Positions 10,901 to 25,414 of a DNA stretch of 64,000 bases are shown in pieces (positions within the stretch are counted from its first letter, which is position 1; each line of letters begins with the position of its first letter). The DNA is from Proteromonas lacertae. Its lineage: Eukaryota. The notes beneath the pieces were generated by a model. That model searched no databases. It worked only from the letters and a program-made list of their open reading frames with translations, and was not told where the DNA came from. Position numbers and translations under genes: made by a program. The stretch is taken from NCBI GenBank assembly GCA_002245135.1, contig NGBS01000592.1, positions 1 to 64,000 of the forward strand, in the 5' to 3' direction.

Positions 10901-13430
10901 CTATTTGATAGTCATTATTAATAAAATATTTAATTATCTCTTCAAGCAACATGTTGTTGCTATTAAACTTCAATAACTTCAAAAACAAACTAAACAGCAA
11001 CTTATAATCCTCTTTTATATGTAATATGAACAATACATATTCAATGAATGAATGATTTTTGATTCTGTTGTTATATAAAACCATTTTTACTATATTTTCA
11101 TAGTTATTCTCTATATTCTTCTCCATATCAACAACACTTTTATAAATACTATCAATTAACTCAACTATTTCATTGTCACTATCATTTATACCTATGTTCT
11201 GTTTTATTAGTGGAATTGAAACATCTAATTTTGTGTTTACTGTATCAATCATCTGTTTTATCTATTCATAACATATAAAATATATTCATACTGGATTATT
11301 ACAACAGTTTCTTTCTAATATACTCTCAACTTCTTTTATTGACCAAATTGAATTATCTATTATTCCATTTTCATCATATGCATTCTTACATAACTTATAG
11401 AATGTAATATCATATGGATTGTTATGAATTTTATTGTAATAATAACTCTTTATATACCAATAAGATGATAATATATTTGAAAATTTCTGTTGTGCATTAT
11501 TATTGATTTTTGATTCTAATAAAATGATTCTTTCGTTGTATATTTGATCAAATTTATCTACATATTCGTAGTTATTTATAATAATTAGTAAATATAATAT
11601 ATCCCATTTTGGAGATACGTGATTTACATCTAAACATAAATTCATTATTTCATCAAATTTCATTATTATTTCAAATAAGTTATAATTATTTATGTTTATA
11701 TACTTCATTCCTTTATCACTTATTGAATTGCTGATTATATATAACAATGATTGAAATCCTTTGTTATTCTCATTACACTCTCTCACTAACTCATTTAAAT
11801 AGTTTTTATAATCATTTTCATCTATTATTGGAGTATTTATTACAACTTCTCTTTCTTTTACAATTTTAATTACTTTTTCTTCTTCAAAATCATCATTTTC
11901 ATTTTCATTTTCATTATTATTTATAACATTTAAAAACATTTTCATCTCATTTTCAGTATCTTCTTCTTCTGGTTTATTTTCTTTATTTAATTTTCTCTTT
12001 TTGTGTTTATTATTACTTTCATTATAACTATTACTATAATTATTAATCAGATTAGCAAATGGATCTTCTAATTCTTTTTCTACTCCTTTTTCATTTTCAA
12101 AATCTTCAATTAAATAATGTATTAATACCCCATATCCATCTTCTTTACAGTTTATTGAATATTCTTTTAAATATGAAATTATAGTCGATAATGTAATATC
12201 ACTTTTCTTTTTATAATTATTGTTTCTTGTATTATTGTTATTGTTATTTCTTTTTCTCTTATTATTACTGTTTTTATCTTCAATTTGTTGCTTTTGTTTC
12301 ATTAAAGAAGTACTTCTTCTTCTTCTTTCTATTCTCTTTACAAAATTATCTTTTAAATCATATTCTACTTCATTTATATCAATATTGATTGGGGAAACTC
12401 CAATATAATTAATAGATTGGATAATATTCAATAATTCATTTTTACTTCCATCATTTGTATTTATTATACTATACTGGATATTATTGTTAGATATATAACT
12501 CTGATTTCTATATAAATAACCATACAGTATGATCAAACTATGAAAAATTGAGTAAATGCCAACATTTGCTGGTTTATATTGTATTATATATGGTATAAGT
12601 GTATTTAATGAATTTCGTATATTTCTTGTATTATTATTTGAAGAAATGATATATTTTTCATCATTTGCTTCTCGATGAACATTTACCCATTCCTTTATTA
12701 AATCCATATTGTCATTATTACTATTATCTTCACCTATTTCTAGATTTAATACATTCAACTGTGGTTTTACACTCTATATTAAAAAAAAAGGTTAAAGACT
12801 AAAAATATACGATGTAATATTTCGTTCTTATTGAATTGTATATTTCTTTTTCACAAGTTCTAAGTATTCGTGTGCATTCATTATAATCTTCTAATATAAA
12901 ATTGATATCTAATAATCCTTGTTGACATATTATATTGTTTGGTGAAATTGATAAACCTTTTTCAAATGCAAATTTGCATAATCGATATTTGTTACATTCT
13001 AAACTACAACTTGCTATTCTTATCCAAATAAATAAATCATTTTCATCTATTGTAGATGCATCAACAAATGCATTCAATGCCACTTCATAACAACCTGATT
13101 TTTCTTGGATTATTCCCAGATTTCTTAGACTCATGAATTTTATTTTCGAAAATATATGTGATGCATTTGTCTCTTCCTATTTACAAAAATTGAACCATAA
13201 ACTATATACTAAATGGTTGATTAGTACTATTAACTCGTTTAAATGACTACACTGCAATTGGTACTAAGACATAAATTATATTAATAATACGTTCGTCCCT
13301 TGTCCTTGACTATTGATTTCTTTCAAAAGATTTTGCCACTTTTCAGTTAGCATTTCCTCCTAAATATATCACATAAATATAATTATACTTGTATTTCAAC
13401 TGTGCATTTCTCTATTTCTTCAATATTCAT
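7969..13430 (-). CDS. CABIN1/HIR3-like TPR protein (HIRA histone-chaperone complex) with a PHD-type finger; multi-exon
   Basis: N-terminal TPRs (SLRNLG..ALNAFVDASTIDENDLFIWIRIA..RLCKFAFEKGLSISPNN) resemble the CABIN1 N-terminus. A C4HC3 pattern CLEC..CKLC..HLEC..CKNC lies near 8720-8870. The ORFs join through short GT-AG introns, e.g. 8196-8223. Confidence 0.7.
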
Positions 13431-13577
13431 TTCTCTCAAATTTATGGTGTTATTTTCGATTATTTACATACACCCATAATTTAAAAAACAATTCATTTCA
13501 TTAATAGAATAAGTTTTACAAACCTCCCAATAAACAAAAACTTAAAGATGCCTGCTTAGGTCATTTTAGAAAAATAT

Positions 13578-13997
13578 CTAATTCTTCTTCTCTCTATTTT
13601 GATTATTATTTTGTCTTTTTCTTTGTTGTGGATTAGTACGAACTCTTCTTTGCTCTCTTGATCTTACACGTACAATACGTGCATGACAAGCACATGAGAT
13701 ACAGTAATTTTGTTTTACATATAATTTTGGTAATACGTATTCTATATTAAAAAATAATATTATATAAAATATAATACCAGCTGTTATAATAGCTGAAGCA
13801 GCTTTAATATCTCTTTGAGATGAAGCATCAACGATATTTCTAACTTGGAATCTCTTTACAGCTTTATCCTATACAAAATATTTATAAAAATAAAATTGTA
13901 CTTTTGGGCAACATCTACCGCAATTAGTGCATCTAATTGGCTTTACATGACCTCGGTTCTTCTTTGATCTTCCATTATTACGACGTTTAACTGGCAT
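13578..13997 (-). CDS. RPS26: 40S ribosomal protein S26 (eS26), 3 coding exons
   Basis: [52 protein letters not shown]...[16 protein letters not shown]; ends at TAG. Confidence 0.98.
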
Positions 13998-14193
13998 TAT
14001 GACGCTATAAAAAATAAATACAAAATTAACTAAATAATAAATATATATAAAGAGAAAATCTAAAAATACATTTTTAATGAAAAGCAGGCTAGCCGTTTCA
14101 ATAAAAAAGTTTGAAGAGTTTGTCATTTCTGACCTTTCATACTCAACAAAAAATGAAAAATAAAAACATAAATATTAACATATATATTATAAT

Positions 14194-14994
14194 TTATTCA
14201 TAATCTTCTGGTTCTTCAGGATCATCCACAGGAGGAGAAGCTGTACCATCATGTTCTTCTTCATAATACTCTTCTTCAACAGTATTATCATTTCTATTGC
14301 TCTGTTGCTGTTGATTCTGTTCTAGTTCTATATCTATAGCATCATAATCAGTTTTTGTTAATTCTGTATCATTGTATCTATCATCATCATCTTTAAAAGT
14401 TGAATTTCTTTTTGAACCATACTGTGATGACTTTACTGAGGATCTAGTTGATGATCTTAAATCTGGCTCCTTTAGTCCATATTGTGCAGCAACTAATCTT
14501 CTTCGAATATCTCTAGTTTCTTTGAGATTTTGAACTCTTATATCTCTTCTTTCTTTTTCTATTAGTCTGATTTTTTCCATTTGTACTTGTTTCTATGGGT
14601 AAAAATAATGAATGATATTGATATAATACTCGTAAAGCAGCTTCTTCTCTTCTTTTCAATTCCATATGATGTTCTACTCTTTTAAATTCGTTCTCAATAG
14701 CATTTAATTTTGATTTTACGAGTTTTTGACATATTAAATTACCTGAACTATCGATCTATTACGGAATATAAGTAAAATCTGTTAATACAAGTCCTTTTTG
14801 ATATAACTGTTGTTGAACTACAGGATTTTCATAATATCTTCTTAAATTAATATCTTGCAAAGCTTCATATTCTTGAAATTTAAAAGCATCACAGTTTGTA
14901 TTGAAATTTTCTTCCCTCTCCTTCATTAACTTAGCTCGACTATTTTTGGATAAAATTAAGTAGTATACCTTTTCTTACTAAGTTTCTTTGGCAT
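14194..14994 (-). CDS. Coiled-coil protein with an ERICH3-like N-terminal motif
   Basis: The spliced product contains YEALQDINLRRYYENPVVQQQLYQKGL|IDSSGNLI, which resembles the ERICH3 N-terminal motif. Confidence 0.5.
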
Positions 14995-15174
14995 TTATTA
15001 AAAAGTAACAGAAAAAATGATTTGGCTTGATTATTATAAAAATTATAATCGTTTCAAATTATTAAAAATCGAATATAAGACAATGGAGCGATTAAAATAA
15101 CAATTTATAACAAGAACAATACATTCTATAAAAAAATAAAAACAATATAATATAAATAAATAAATCACTCTAAA

Positions 15175-16322
15175 TCACGTCCTAAAAGGCTTTTTATTGC
15201 TTTTTTCCTTAACTACCTTCTTCTCAGGTTTTATTGGACTAACTAATTTACATCCTCTACCACTAGTAGCTAAATGAAAAGGTTTTGCTGTTGTAACTTC
15301 AGGCGTCCATCCACTACCATCCAACCACATCTGAGGATTATTAACAACATGTTCTCTAGCCTTTTCCAACCTTCTATAGAAGTTTCTATAGGCAATTTTC
15401 TCTCCTTCAATAAATACTGGTGGATTTTGATATATTAAGTCAATAGTCCTTTTACTATCATTCATATCAGGTTTATGTGTGTATATTTTTGAATCATTTT
15501 TCTTCGTTTCAGATATTGTGGTCAATTCCAATTTCTCTTTTGTTTTTTCTTGATATTTCATTTGATCATTATAAAAATCATCAAAACTTCTTTCTTCATT
15601 ATTTTTCTTATTGTTTTTATTAATTACTGGATGAAATGTACATTCTTTCATATGTTCTTCTTCAATGTCTTTCTTTCGTTTGATTACTCGAGGATCTGGA
15701 GAATATAATCGTTCTATTAAATCATTACTTGCATATCTTTCATTTGTAAATGAATAATCTGTTATTGCCGGTGAAAAAGTGCATTCATCAACTGATTCGT
15801 CTCTTATCTTCCTTCCTGATGAATATTCTTTTGCTGCTAATATTCTTTCTTCAGTTGTTCCTTGTCTCATTGCTAATGATTTAGTTCTGTTGGATATTTG
15901 AGGTGTTGTTGATCTTCTATAATATTTCTTTAATTCTTTTTCTACATTTCGTTTCTTTTCTATTGATTTCATTCCTCTGTCATATAATGATATTCTTTTT
16001 CCTTGTTTCTATAAATATACAATGAAATAAATTGAAATTTATACTGGGCTAGATAAATATGATATCATTGAATGACAACGATGTATTGGTGTGTAATCAA
16101 ACATTTCAATTGCACTAAAATATAATAGTCGCTTAAATACTTATCCATTGACATTTCAAATCCAGGAGTCTATTCAAAATATATTATTTATATACTTTTA
16201 TATTGGACTGATCTAATTCTTGGTAATTCTAGAGGATTAGAATAAGAATATACTGAAACATCTTCATATGATTCATTCTGGTATTCTGGAGACGCCTCAA
16301 TATCTAAAATATAGTTCTTCAT
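15175..16322 (-). CDS. Protein with repeated ECTF-x-P motifs and a TPX2-like C-terminal motif (putative microtubule-associated)
   Basis: ECTFSPAI, KECTFHPVIN, YTHKPDMN and TTAKPFHLAT; four short upstream exons splice in frame. Confidence 0.5.
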
Positions 16323-16419
16323 GTTATACAATCCGTAGACATTGAATAAATGAAGAATTAAATCACAACGTTTATATGTGAAACGGGTCAATTTTTATAT
16401 CATAAAGTTTAAAGGTGAA

Positions 16420-18950
16420 ATGCGTGTTATATACTTATTATTAATTCTTGGTATTTCTATAGCAACATGTCCAAGAATGTGCAGGTACATATCTATAATA
16501 TAGGGTTAAAATATTAATCTTATAGTAATCATGGTTATTGTCAAACAGATTTTACTTGTAAATGCTTTCCACAGTGGACAGGTCCTGATTGTGCAGAACG
16601 TATTATTTTTAATATCACCTTATCTTAGGATCTTGTCCAGTTGGTCCAGATTGGAATGGTAATCATGAAAACTTTGTCATTTGTTCTGGTAGAGGTGTAT
16701 GTAACACAGTAACAGGTTTATGTGAATGTGATAATGGCTTTAGTGGTAAAGCTTGTCAAGTATCAGGTTGTCCAGCAGGAACCTCCACTACTAGTACATG
16801 TTCACAACATGGAGATTGTATTACATTATCATATCTACGTCAGCACTATGTAACTGCAACAGGAGAAGCATTGGATATATATAACGGCTGGGATGCGAAT
16901 AGAATATATGGATGTATGTGTTCTGACAGTTATTTTGGATATGATTGTAGTTTACAAAAGTGTCCAATGGGAAGCGTTAAAGGTAAAGATAAATGGGATG
17001 GTATTTCCTTCTTTGATGTACTACACAGCGGTTTATCCAGAAAATTAGACGAAGATTATTTTTGGACAGTAACTATTATTAATTGTCGTTTACCTGACGA
17101 TTATAATATTTGTGAGAAAAGGGATATAAGAATACCAGTAATCAGTACTCCTGAGATAATAAGATCATTAGTGAGAGGATCAGGCTTAGTTCAAGATTGT
17201 GTTGTCAGATTTTTAAAATCATTTGACGATTCGAGTGATGCATTACCAATGAGTACAAAATTGGATGATCCAAATGTAGTAGTAATTGAATTCAATTTTG
17301 TAACAGATCCAAAGTATATTTTTTTATTAATTTACTAATTTATTATTAATTAGAGCAAGGATATTGAAAATCACTGATAAAGACTCAACTAAATCATATT
17401 CTGATCATATAAGTAGCTTTCCAACCTATGATAATAAAACTGTTCCATTATCTGCAGTAAAAATGTTAGAAAATAAAAAATATCAACCAAACATGAAACA
17501 ATGTAGAGAATATGTACAAAAGCCAATAAATAAAGAATATATTAATTTATGTTATATTCCAAAACATACAGAAAAAATATATAAAGAATGTTCTGGAAAT
17601 GGAGAATGTGATAGAACTATAGGTGAATGTAAATGCTGTATATATATATATTATTATTATTATAATTTGTATAGTAAAAACAAGAGATGAAACAACTCAT
17701 TATATTACTGATAATTATCGATTTCCTAATTACATTCCAACATATTTAGCCAATTGTCAAATCACTAAAGCTGAAAATAGTCATATAGAAACGTGTAAGG
17801 ACATGGAGTGTTAGTAGATGCAGATCCATTAAGGAAATCAGATGATATTACAATACAGAAGTACTGTGAATGTGTAGAAGGGTATAGTGGACCAACATGT
17901 GAAATACGTATAAATATATATGATATTATTTCATTTATTTATTTATTTTATAGATGATTGTAGTGATAAGAGAGGTATAGCATGGTATAGTCCAGCAGGT
18001 CATATCTCTACAGCTGTCTGTAGCAACATGGGTCATTGTAATACACAGACAGGTCAATGTGAATGTTATAAAGGCCATTATGGTAATGATTGTAGTCAAA
18101 CCAATTGTCCATCCGTTATACCTGGTACAGAATGTAGTGGACATGGTATTTGTAATCCAAGACATCAATCAATAAAAGAGTATAGTTATTTATATAATTA
18201 TCAAATATAATTAATGTGTAGTTATCGAAACAGTTATAACCAATATGATTGGAATACTTTATCATTATTTGAATGTAAATGTAGTGCTGGATTTACTGGT
18301 TATAATTGTAATGAAAGAATATGTCCTACTGGTCCAGATCCAAAGGAAAAATATGAAGGAAAAGCACCTTATCTTCAATTAAAATGTGATAATGTAAAAT
18401 CAAATATATTAATACTGACATATAACGGTAATAAAATAGAAATTAATCCAAATAATACACTTGCAACAGTTAAATCTAATATTAAGAGTTTAGAGGGTTT
18501 AAAAGGAGCAATTTCATTTGAAGATGCTACTAAAAAGCAAGTCAAAGTTGTTAAAGAAGAAAATTTATCAAAGAGAATTATATGTGATAATTCAGTTTAT
18601 AGAATATACTTTCATTATGTATATATATAATTATCTATTTTTAGTATTGTGGAAATGAATTAAACTATGAAAGAGCTGATAAATTCCAGAATGATCATGG
18701 AATATTACTCACAGAATCAATACCATCAAAATCTACAAAAATACACAATAATGGTATAGTTGTTGATGGTACAATTAAGTGTTATGAATGCTCCAATCAT
18801 GGATATTGTGATCATCATGTTGGTTTATGTAAATGTGTTTCTCCTTATGCAAGTAGTGATAATTATAATGAGAATCAAATTATTAAAAGTGGAACAAGAG
18901 GAGATTGTAGCTTCTTTAAGAATTATGAACCTTATATGGATAAGTATTAA
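16420..18950 (+). CDS. Secreted Cys-rich EGF/tenascin-like protein of the stramenopile mastigoneme (Sig1/Ocm) type, copy A; 1-nt deletion near 17797-17800
   Basis: Signal peptide MRVIYLLLILGISIA, then CSGRGVCNTVTGLCECDNGFSGKACQ, WDANRIYGCMCSDSYFGYDCSLQKCPMG, and C-terminal YECSNHGYCDHHVGLCKC...GTRGDC. Confidence 0.75.
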
Positions 18951-19059
18951 AATGGTTTTAATTTTATTTAATTTATATATATATTTTTTAAATTATGTGT
19001 ATATATTTTCATTTAAAAACAACATATAACAAAGAAATGTAGGTGATTATAAATTAAAT

Positions 19060-22000
19060 TTATATAATTTTTATATTCGGATAGACGTTTTGTAGTTGTT
19101 TTGCTTTGGTTTTATCAGCACAATCCAATTTTATCTTTCTCAGAGATGAATAAGATTGAAAGAATGAATTTAAAATATTATTACTGTTATTTTCATTCAA
19201 GGTGATTGATAATTCTTCCATTTTTTGTACTATTTCTTTGTTATCTATTAACAACATCAAATCACTATCACTTAATGAACATTTTCTTATATCCAGTATT
19301 TGTATAACTAAATCACTATTCACTCTTTTAATAACCTTTCTTAAACCCTTAGATGTCATTCCAGTATCTATAGATATTAAATAAACTAATTGCATATATA
19401 TATATATACTGGATAAGTTCAATAAGTATACACTCATAAATAAGTTTATATTTTCACATACAATTTCAATTCCTTCATCCCCAATTGGATTATTATAAAT
19501 ATCAACATGCCTAGATCCTGCTGGAAAATTATCTATTAGTTCTTTTAATCCTTTATATGTTATATTATTAGAAGATATATCGATCCATTTAAATTTGATA
19601 TTTTTGAAATACTTTATGTGTGAATCACGGAGATTAATATCTATAACAAATGAAAATTATAGAAATATATTAACATACTTGAGAATTCATAATAGTAATG
19701 ATCAAAACTACCAATTCTTTCCTTCTTAGTACAATAATCTAAATAATACTCTACTTCATCATAAGTCCATGATCTTGATTTTAGTTTTACAAAAGGATAT
19801 TCTCTATTCTCTAGCGATTTTGAACAGATAGCTTTCATAGCATTCAATGTAATCTTATTATCATATAAGTTAAGTATTCCACTTGATTCTATTACATTCA
19901 TTGTTTTTGCAAAATAATAGGCTACTTCATCATCTGCTGATACATTCCTATAATTAACTTGACCAAAAGTGTATTTCTTTAATACATCAAAAGTTGATAT
20001 TACTCCATTATTACCAATTGGATTATCTATTAATATATAATAATAATAAATATATTTATACGATGAATACAAGCCAATGTAACATTATCACTAGTTTTAA
20101 GAAAATCTAAGAATATTGGCAAAACAGAATCATCAATTTTGTTAAACGATACATCCAACGAATAGCTTTCATCTACATCTTTTAAACCATCTAATAAGTA
20201 TCTCATTCCAATTTCAGTTAATTCCATACCTATTCAATACTTGATAAAAACAAAGATAATAATAATACCTGAACAGTTAATCTCAACAATTGAATATGAG
20301 CTTTCTGCTGGCAACAAAGATAAATATGGAAATAAATACATCATCCCTAAATCTCCAATAGGATTTGTATTTATCTTCAGTTGAACAAGGTTTGAAAGTA
20401 AAGGTAAATAATCAACTAATGCAACCAAGCCAATTGATGTAATATCATTACCTAAAAAGAATAAACAACAAAAATGAAATAATGAAATATTATATATTAT
20501 ACCAACCAGATTTAAAGTGACTATATCATTCAATTCATTGGATCTTGTTGATAAAAATGATTCTATAAATGTATCATCTATTTCTTGGTTATTCAATTCC
20601 AAATATTTGTACTTATAATCAGTATATTTGAATAACTCTGGAATATCTTTATCTACAAGTAATTCTTTACATACATCACATTCTAAAGTAATAATTTCTG
20701 GCAATGTAGAAACAACAGAGAAAATTGCTTTATATCCAGTATAATTAATACAATTATGTGTAAAATCAACGCTTTTTATTTGTTTATAAATCTTAACAAG
20801 TTCCTGGGATAAAAGTATAATCGATTCATCTGTCAAATGCATTCCGTATATACTCAATTGCTTATCTTTGTTAATTAATAAATGTATAAATGGAAGTAAC
20901 AGTTCAAATCCTTTTGAACCAATTGGATTTACTATTTCAATATAATATAATATAAAATATAAAATACATGAAAGAGAAACATATTGTATTGTCATTGATG
21001 GAATTGATTTAACAAATGATTCAATGAAGTGATAAGTAAGATGACAATTGAGTAAATCTAACTGTTGAACATTCTGTAATTGAGAAAAACTCAATCCAAA
21101 AAATGATTGATGTTGTACTGGTATATTAAAATCATTATCTAAACAGTTAATATAAAACATAATTTATACAGAATTTCAGTTTTATTGGATTAATGAGTTG
21201 TAATATTTTAAATACAAAGGATATTCCTTCTTCACAGAAACACATACATTTTGAAAATATTTCAATTGTTTCTCCATCATAATCTGTATCTATACTGAAT
21301 ATGATTTCATCTAAATAACACTCTTTATTCTCTTTACATTTGTGATAAACATGAAACTTTAATTTTTCTTTTATTGTCTCATCTTCTTTGTATAATTTCA
21401 TCATCAATAACGTTGATAGCATTCTTTCGTTATATTTATCATTGTATAATTCTATCATATCATCTCTAATTTCTATTTAAACGATAATGATAATTCTATC
21501 ATATATAATAATATACTTAAATATTTATTGTATTGTAGATAATATCGTATTTGAATATCAAAAGGAGGTATTTCTATCAAAAAGCTGTTATTAAATAACA
21601 GTTCTTTTCTTTCATTCACTATCATTATTCTATCGCCTGAACCTTTGAATACTTCACATAATTTTTTCATTTCTTTACTCAATTCATTTATGCTGATTCT
21701 ATCTTTACTGTTTACTATCAGCATTCTATCAATCATTTCTCTCATTCTATCCTCTCTTATCCTCTCTTTATTATATTTGCATTTTAATACATTGTTAATG
21801 GTTTTGAATATATCATCTTTATCTTCTTGGAATGGTAATTTTTTATTGATTAATTCGTATAGAACACAACCAACAGACCAAATTATACTATTCTCATTTG
21901 ATTCTAATCCATTCAAGTCTTCAGGAGCAACAAAACACATATCATATATTGTTATATCTTCTTCTTTTCTTATTTTATTCAAATGCAAATCGCATATCTT

Positions 22001-22489
22001 TACTTTATCATTTACATAATCTCTGTCATAAATGATGTTTGAACTTTTGAAATTATCTATCTTTATGTCATATTCATTTAATATTAATAAAATATCACAC
22101 AGTGAGCATATTATTTCACAAATTTCACAGTTTGCGACTGTAGTAGACTGTATAATCTCTTCTAAATCTCTCTCATAATAATCCCTCTCCAATATCATGT
22201 ATTCAGATGAGTCTTTTATATTAATTTGAGTATAATATATAAAATCTGGAAGTACTTGATATAGATTTAAGTAGTTCTGTGTGAAATCTGTTAAAATATC
22301 TTGAGTAAAACCTTGTACAACTATTACTTTTATTGTGCTCGTGTGCCTATTGTTGATAACTTCGAGTCTCGTCTTTTTGTTACTCTGATGATGTATTTCT
22401 AAGATCTAGAAAGTAAGAAATATGCATACATGTGTGGTAGAGGGCAAGAATTTTTTAAAAATGTTATAGTAATGATTTGAACAAGGCAT
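19060..22489 (-). CDS. Pseudokinase fused to RNI-like leucine-rich repeats; multi-exon
   Basis: The kinase C-lobe is present (FVAPEDL, IWSVGCVLYEL, PF, R) but HRD reads IDN, DFG reads DLH, and there is no Gly loop. Many NxIGxxG-type LRRs follow. Confidence 0.75.
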
Positions 22490-22678
22490 TTTCACACTTT
22501 AAAATTAATAAAGCCGTTTCACTATTTTTAAAACACTTTATATTTGCTTGTATCACTCAGTATCAGCATTATTCTATTGTTATATTTGATTTTACAGTAT
22601 ATCAATTCAATATGATATAAAAATATTAGCAAAATAAAGACAATATTAATAATATAGTATATAAAATGTAAATAAAAA

Positions 22679-23512
22679 TTAATATTTCTGTGGAGGTTGA
22701 GGAGGTAATGGCTTTTGTGGGTATGGAACATTAACTTGCTGTTGTTTACTATATTTCAAAGGATCAACTACTTTAGGAGCTTCAAACTTAGGTGGTTCAT
22801 ATCTTTCAGCAGGAACAGTAGGTTGAACTTGATATTCAGGCAAAGCACCAACATATTTCTTAAAATAACTACAATCACCTCTAGTTCCAGCATCAATCTC
22901 TTTCTTTTCATCATAATTCTTGCTGCTACCCCATGGTACTACGCATTTACATAAACCAGTAGAATGATCACAATATCCATGATTAGAACATTCATAACAA
23001 GGAATTGTGCCTTTTGTTACATATCCATTTACTGGATCATTTACACTGATAGAAGGTGGAGTGACTTTTAAACCTTTTCCTGCTAAGTTTTCAATTTGTG
23101 GCAAATAATCTAATTCATCTCCACAATACTATTTTATAAAAGAAATTAATAATATATAAATATAAATATATACATAATGGAAATAAATTCTATACAAATT
23201 TCCATTATTCACTTTTATATTTTCATTATCTTTTGAAACATCAATTATTGAACACATTTCTTTCACTTCAGCTTCTTTTGCATTCTTTCCACAATCATGT
23301 ATAGTTATTGTTGGTTTTAAACCATTGATTGACATTAATTTATTATATAAAGCATATATTGTATCAGTAACTTGAATTTCTGCTGATATACCTGCATATT
23401 CGATTGTAAATGTTGATAATTTTGTAATATTTTCATTATATTGAATTGATATATGTGGTGGAACACCTGAATCTGATTTTTTCATTGGATCTGGACCAGA
23501 TGGACATGACAC

Positions 23513-23545
<33 letters not shown>

Positions 23546-25414
23546 TAAATACATTCACTACATGAAGCGCCATAATAACCATCATGACATTTACATTCAC
23601 TTGTTGATAAGAAATCCCATTCTTGTTCATATGTAATATTGGTAAATCTTGGCTGACAGATACCATGACCACTACAATCAACACCAGCAACAGTACTTGG
23701 ACAAGATACTATATAATAATAATAATAATAATAATATATACATTGACTACAATCATTACCATAATAACCAGGACTACATTCACAAACACCTTCTTTCATA
23801 TTGCATTTACCCATATTGGAACATATTGATCCAGCAATATGTCCAGCTGGATTAAACCAAGATCTTCCTCTTCTATCACTACAATCATGTAGACTACAGG
23901 TTGGACCAGTGAAACCATCATAACATTGACAGTATTGATGCATATTAGTCTCGTTCAATGTATTTCCTGGTTCTGGACGGATCATTTTACCATGACCATT
24001 ACAAGCTAACATATAGTATAAATAAACAAATTATTATACTATTTACATGGCTTTCTGATGCAACTTTAACTTGGCAGTTATAGACTGTTGGATCAACTTG
24101 ATCAGATGGAAATCTGAAATTATCAGTGATATATCGATCATCACCTTCTCTTGTTATTACTATATACAAATAAATAAATAAATAAATATAATATATATAC
24201 AACACTTGACATTCACCAGTTTGGAAATTACATTCTCCATTTCCTGAACATATTTTATACATTTTCTTGTGATATTTCTCCATTCTACATAATAATGGAG
24301 TAGTAGTTGGATTCAATTGTTTTCATTGTTTTGTCAACAATTGTATAATTACTAATACAGTGCTTATAAGTTGGTTGAATTCGATCAAATGATGGATCTA
24401 AAGGTTCTGATTCTATTTCAATTACATTACTGTCCACTCGAGCTATAAAGTCATCTTCACTGCCATACCATATTTTATTCACTTTTGCTGTTGGTTCTAT
24501 TACAAAATCGAATTCAACAATGGTTGCATCTTTTAATTGAGTATCTTTTGGCATTATTGATTTGGCATCATCTTCTTTACTCAAATATCTGATCACTAGA
24601 TCATATACAATGCCTGTGCTCTTAATCATTGACCTTAATTGTGAAGCGGTGTAACTGATATGTGCTTTTACTGTATATTGTCTACAAATTTCTTTGCCTT
24701 TTGGTTGTTGTTGATTATCTGCTAAATCACAGTTTATTATTGAAATTTGAACAGATGGACTGGTTGTCTTTCCTTCTGCTTTTGGAACTTTGAGAAAGGA
24801 AACTGCATCCCAATGATCTTTATATTCTACAGCTCCCATTGGACAAATCTCTATTAACAATACATAATTTAGATAATTTATACGTAAAGTACAATCATGA
24901 CCTGTATATTGTCCTACACACATACAGCCATAAATTCTGTTTTTACCCCAACCGTAAGTTTCTTCTAAAGGACTTCCATCAGGATGAACGTAATGATGAA
25001 GTAGATTTCCTTCAGAAATACATGTTCCATGTCCATTACAGGATGTAGTAGGTGAATCACCTTTTGGACACTGCATAACTTGACATGCTTTACCAGAAAA
25101 ACCTTCATTACATTGACAATTGCCAGTCTTCCTGTCACATTCTCCTCTGCCTGAACATACAGAGAATTTGACATGATCTCCTCCCCATTCTGGTCCTGAA
25201 GGACATGCTCCTAAAAAGTGAATAAAAACTAAAATAATTAATACTTTCAGCACAATCAGCTCCAGACCATTGATCAAAACATCTGCAAGTTGAATCTAAT
25301 TCACACACACCATGTTTACTAAATTAAGTAATATTTAAATATATACTTGCATGCATTAGGACAATAACTAATCACAGTTCCCAATAAAAATATTAAACAT
25401 ATTACAGCTCTCAT
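22679..25414 (-). CDS. Secreted mastigoneme-type EGF-like protein, copy B (inverted paralogue of 16420-18950) with a Pro/Gln-rich tail
   Basis: Signal peptide MRAVICLIFLLGTVIS and colinear motifs CPSGPEW, CSGRGECDRKTGNCQC, NRIYGCMC, YITDNFRFP, CSNMGKC, YECSNHGYCDH, GTRGDCS. Confidence 0.75.
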
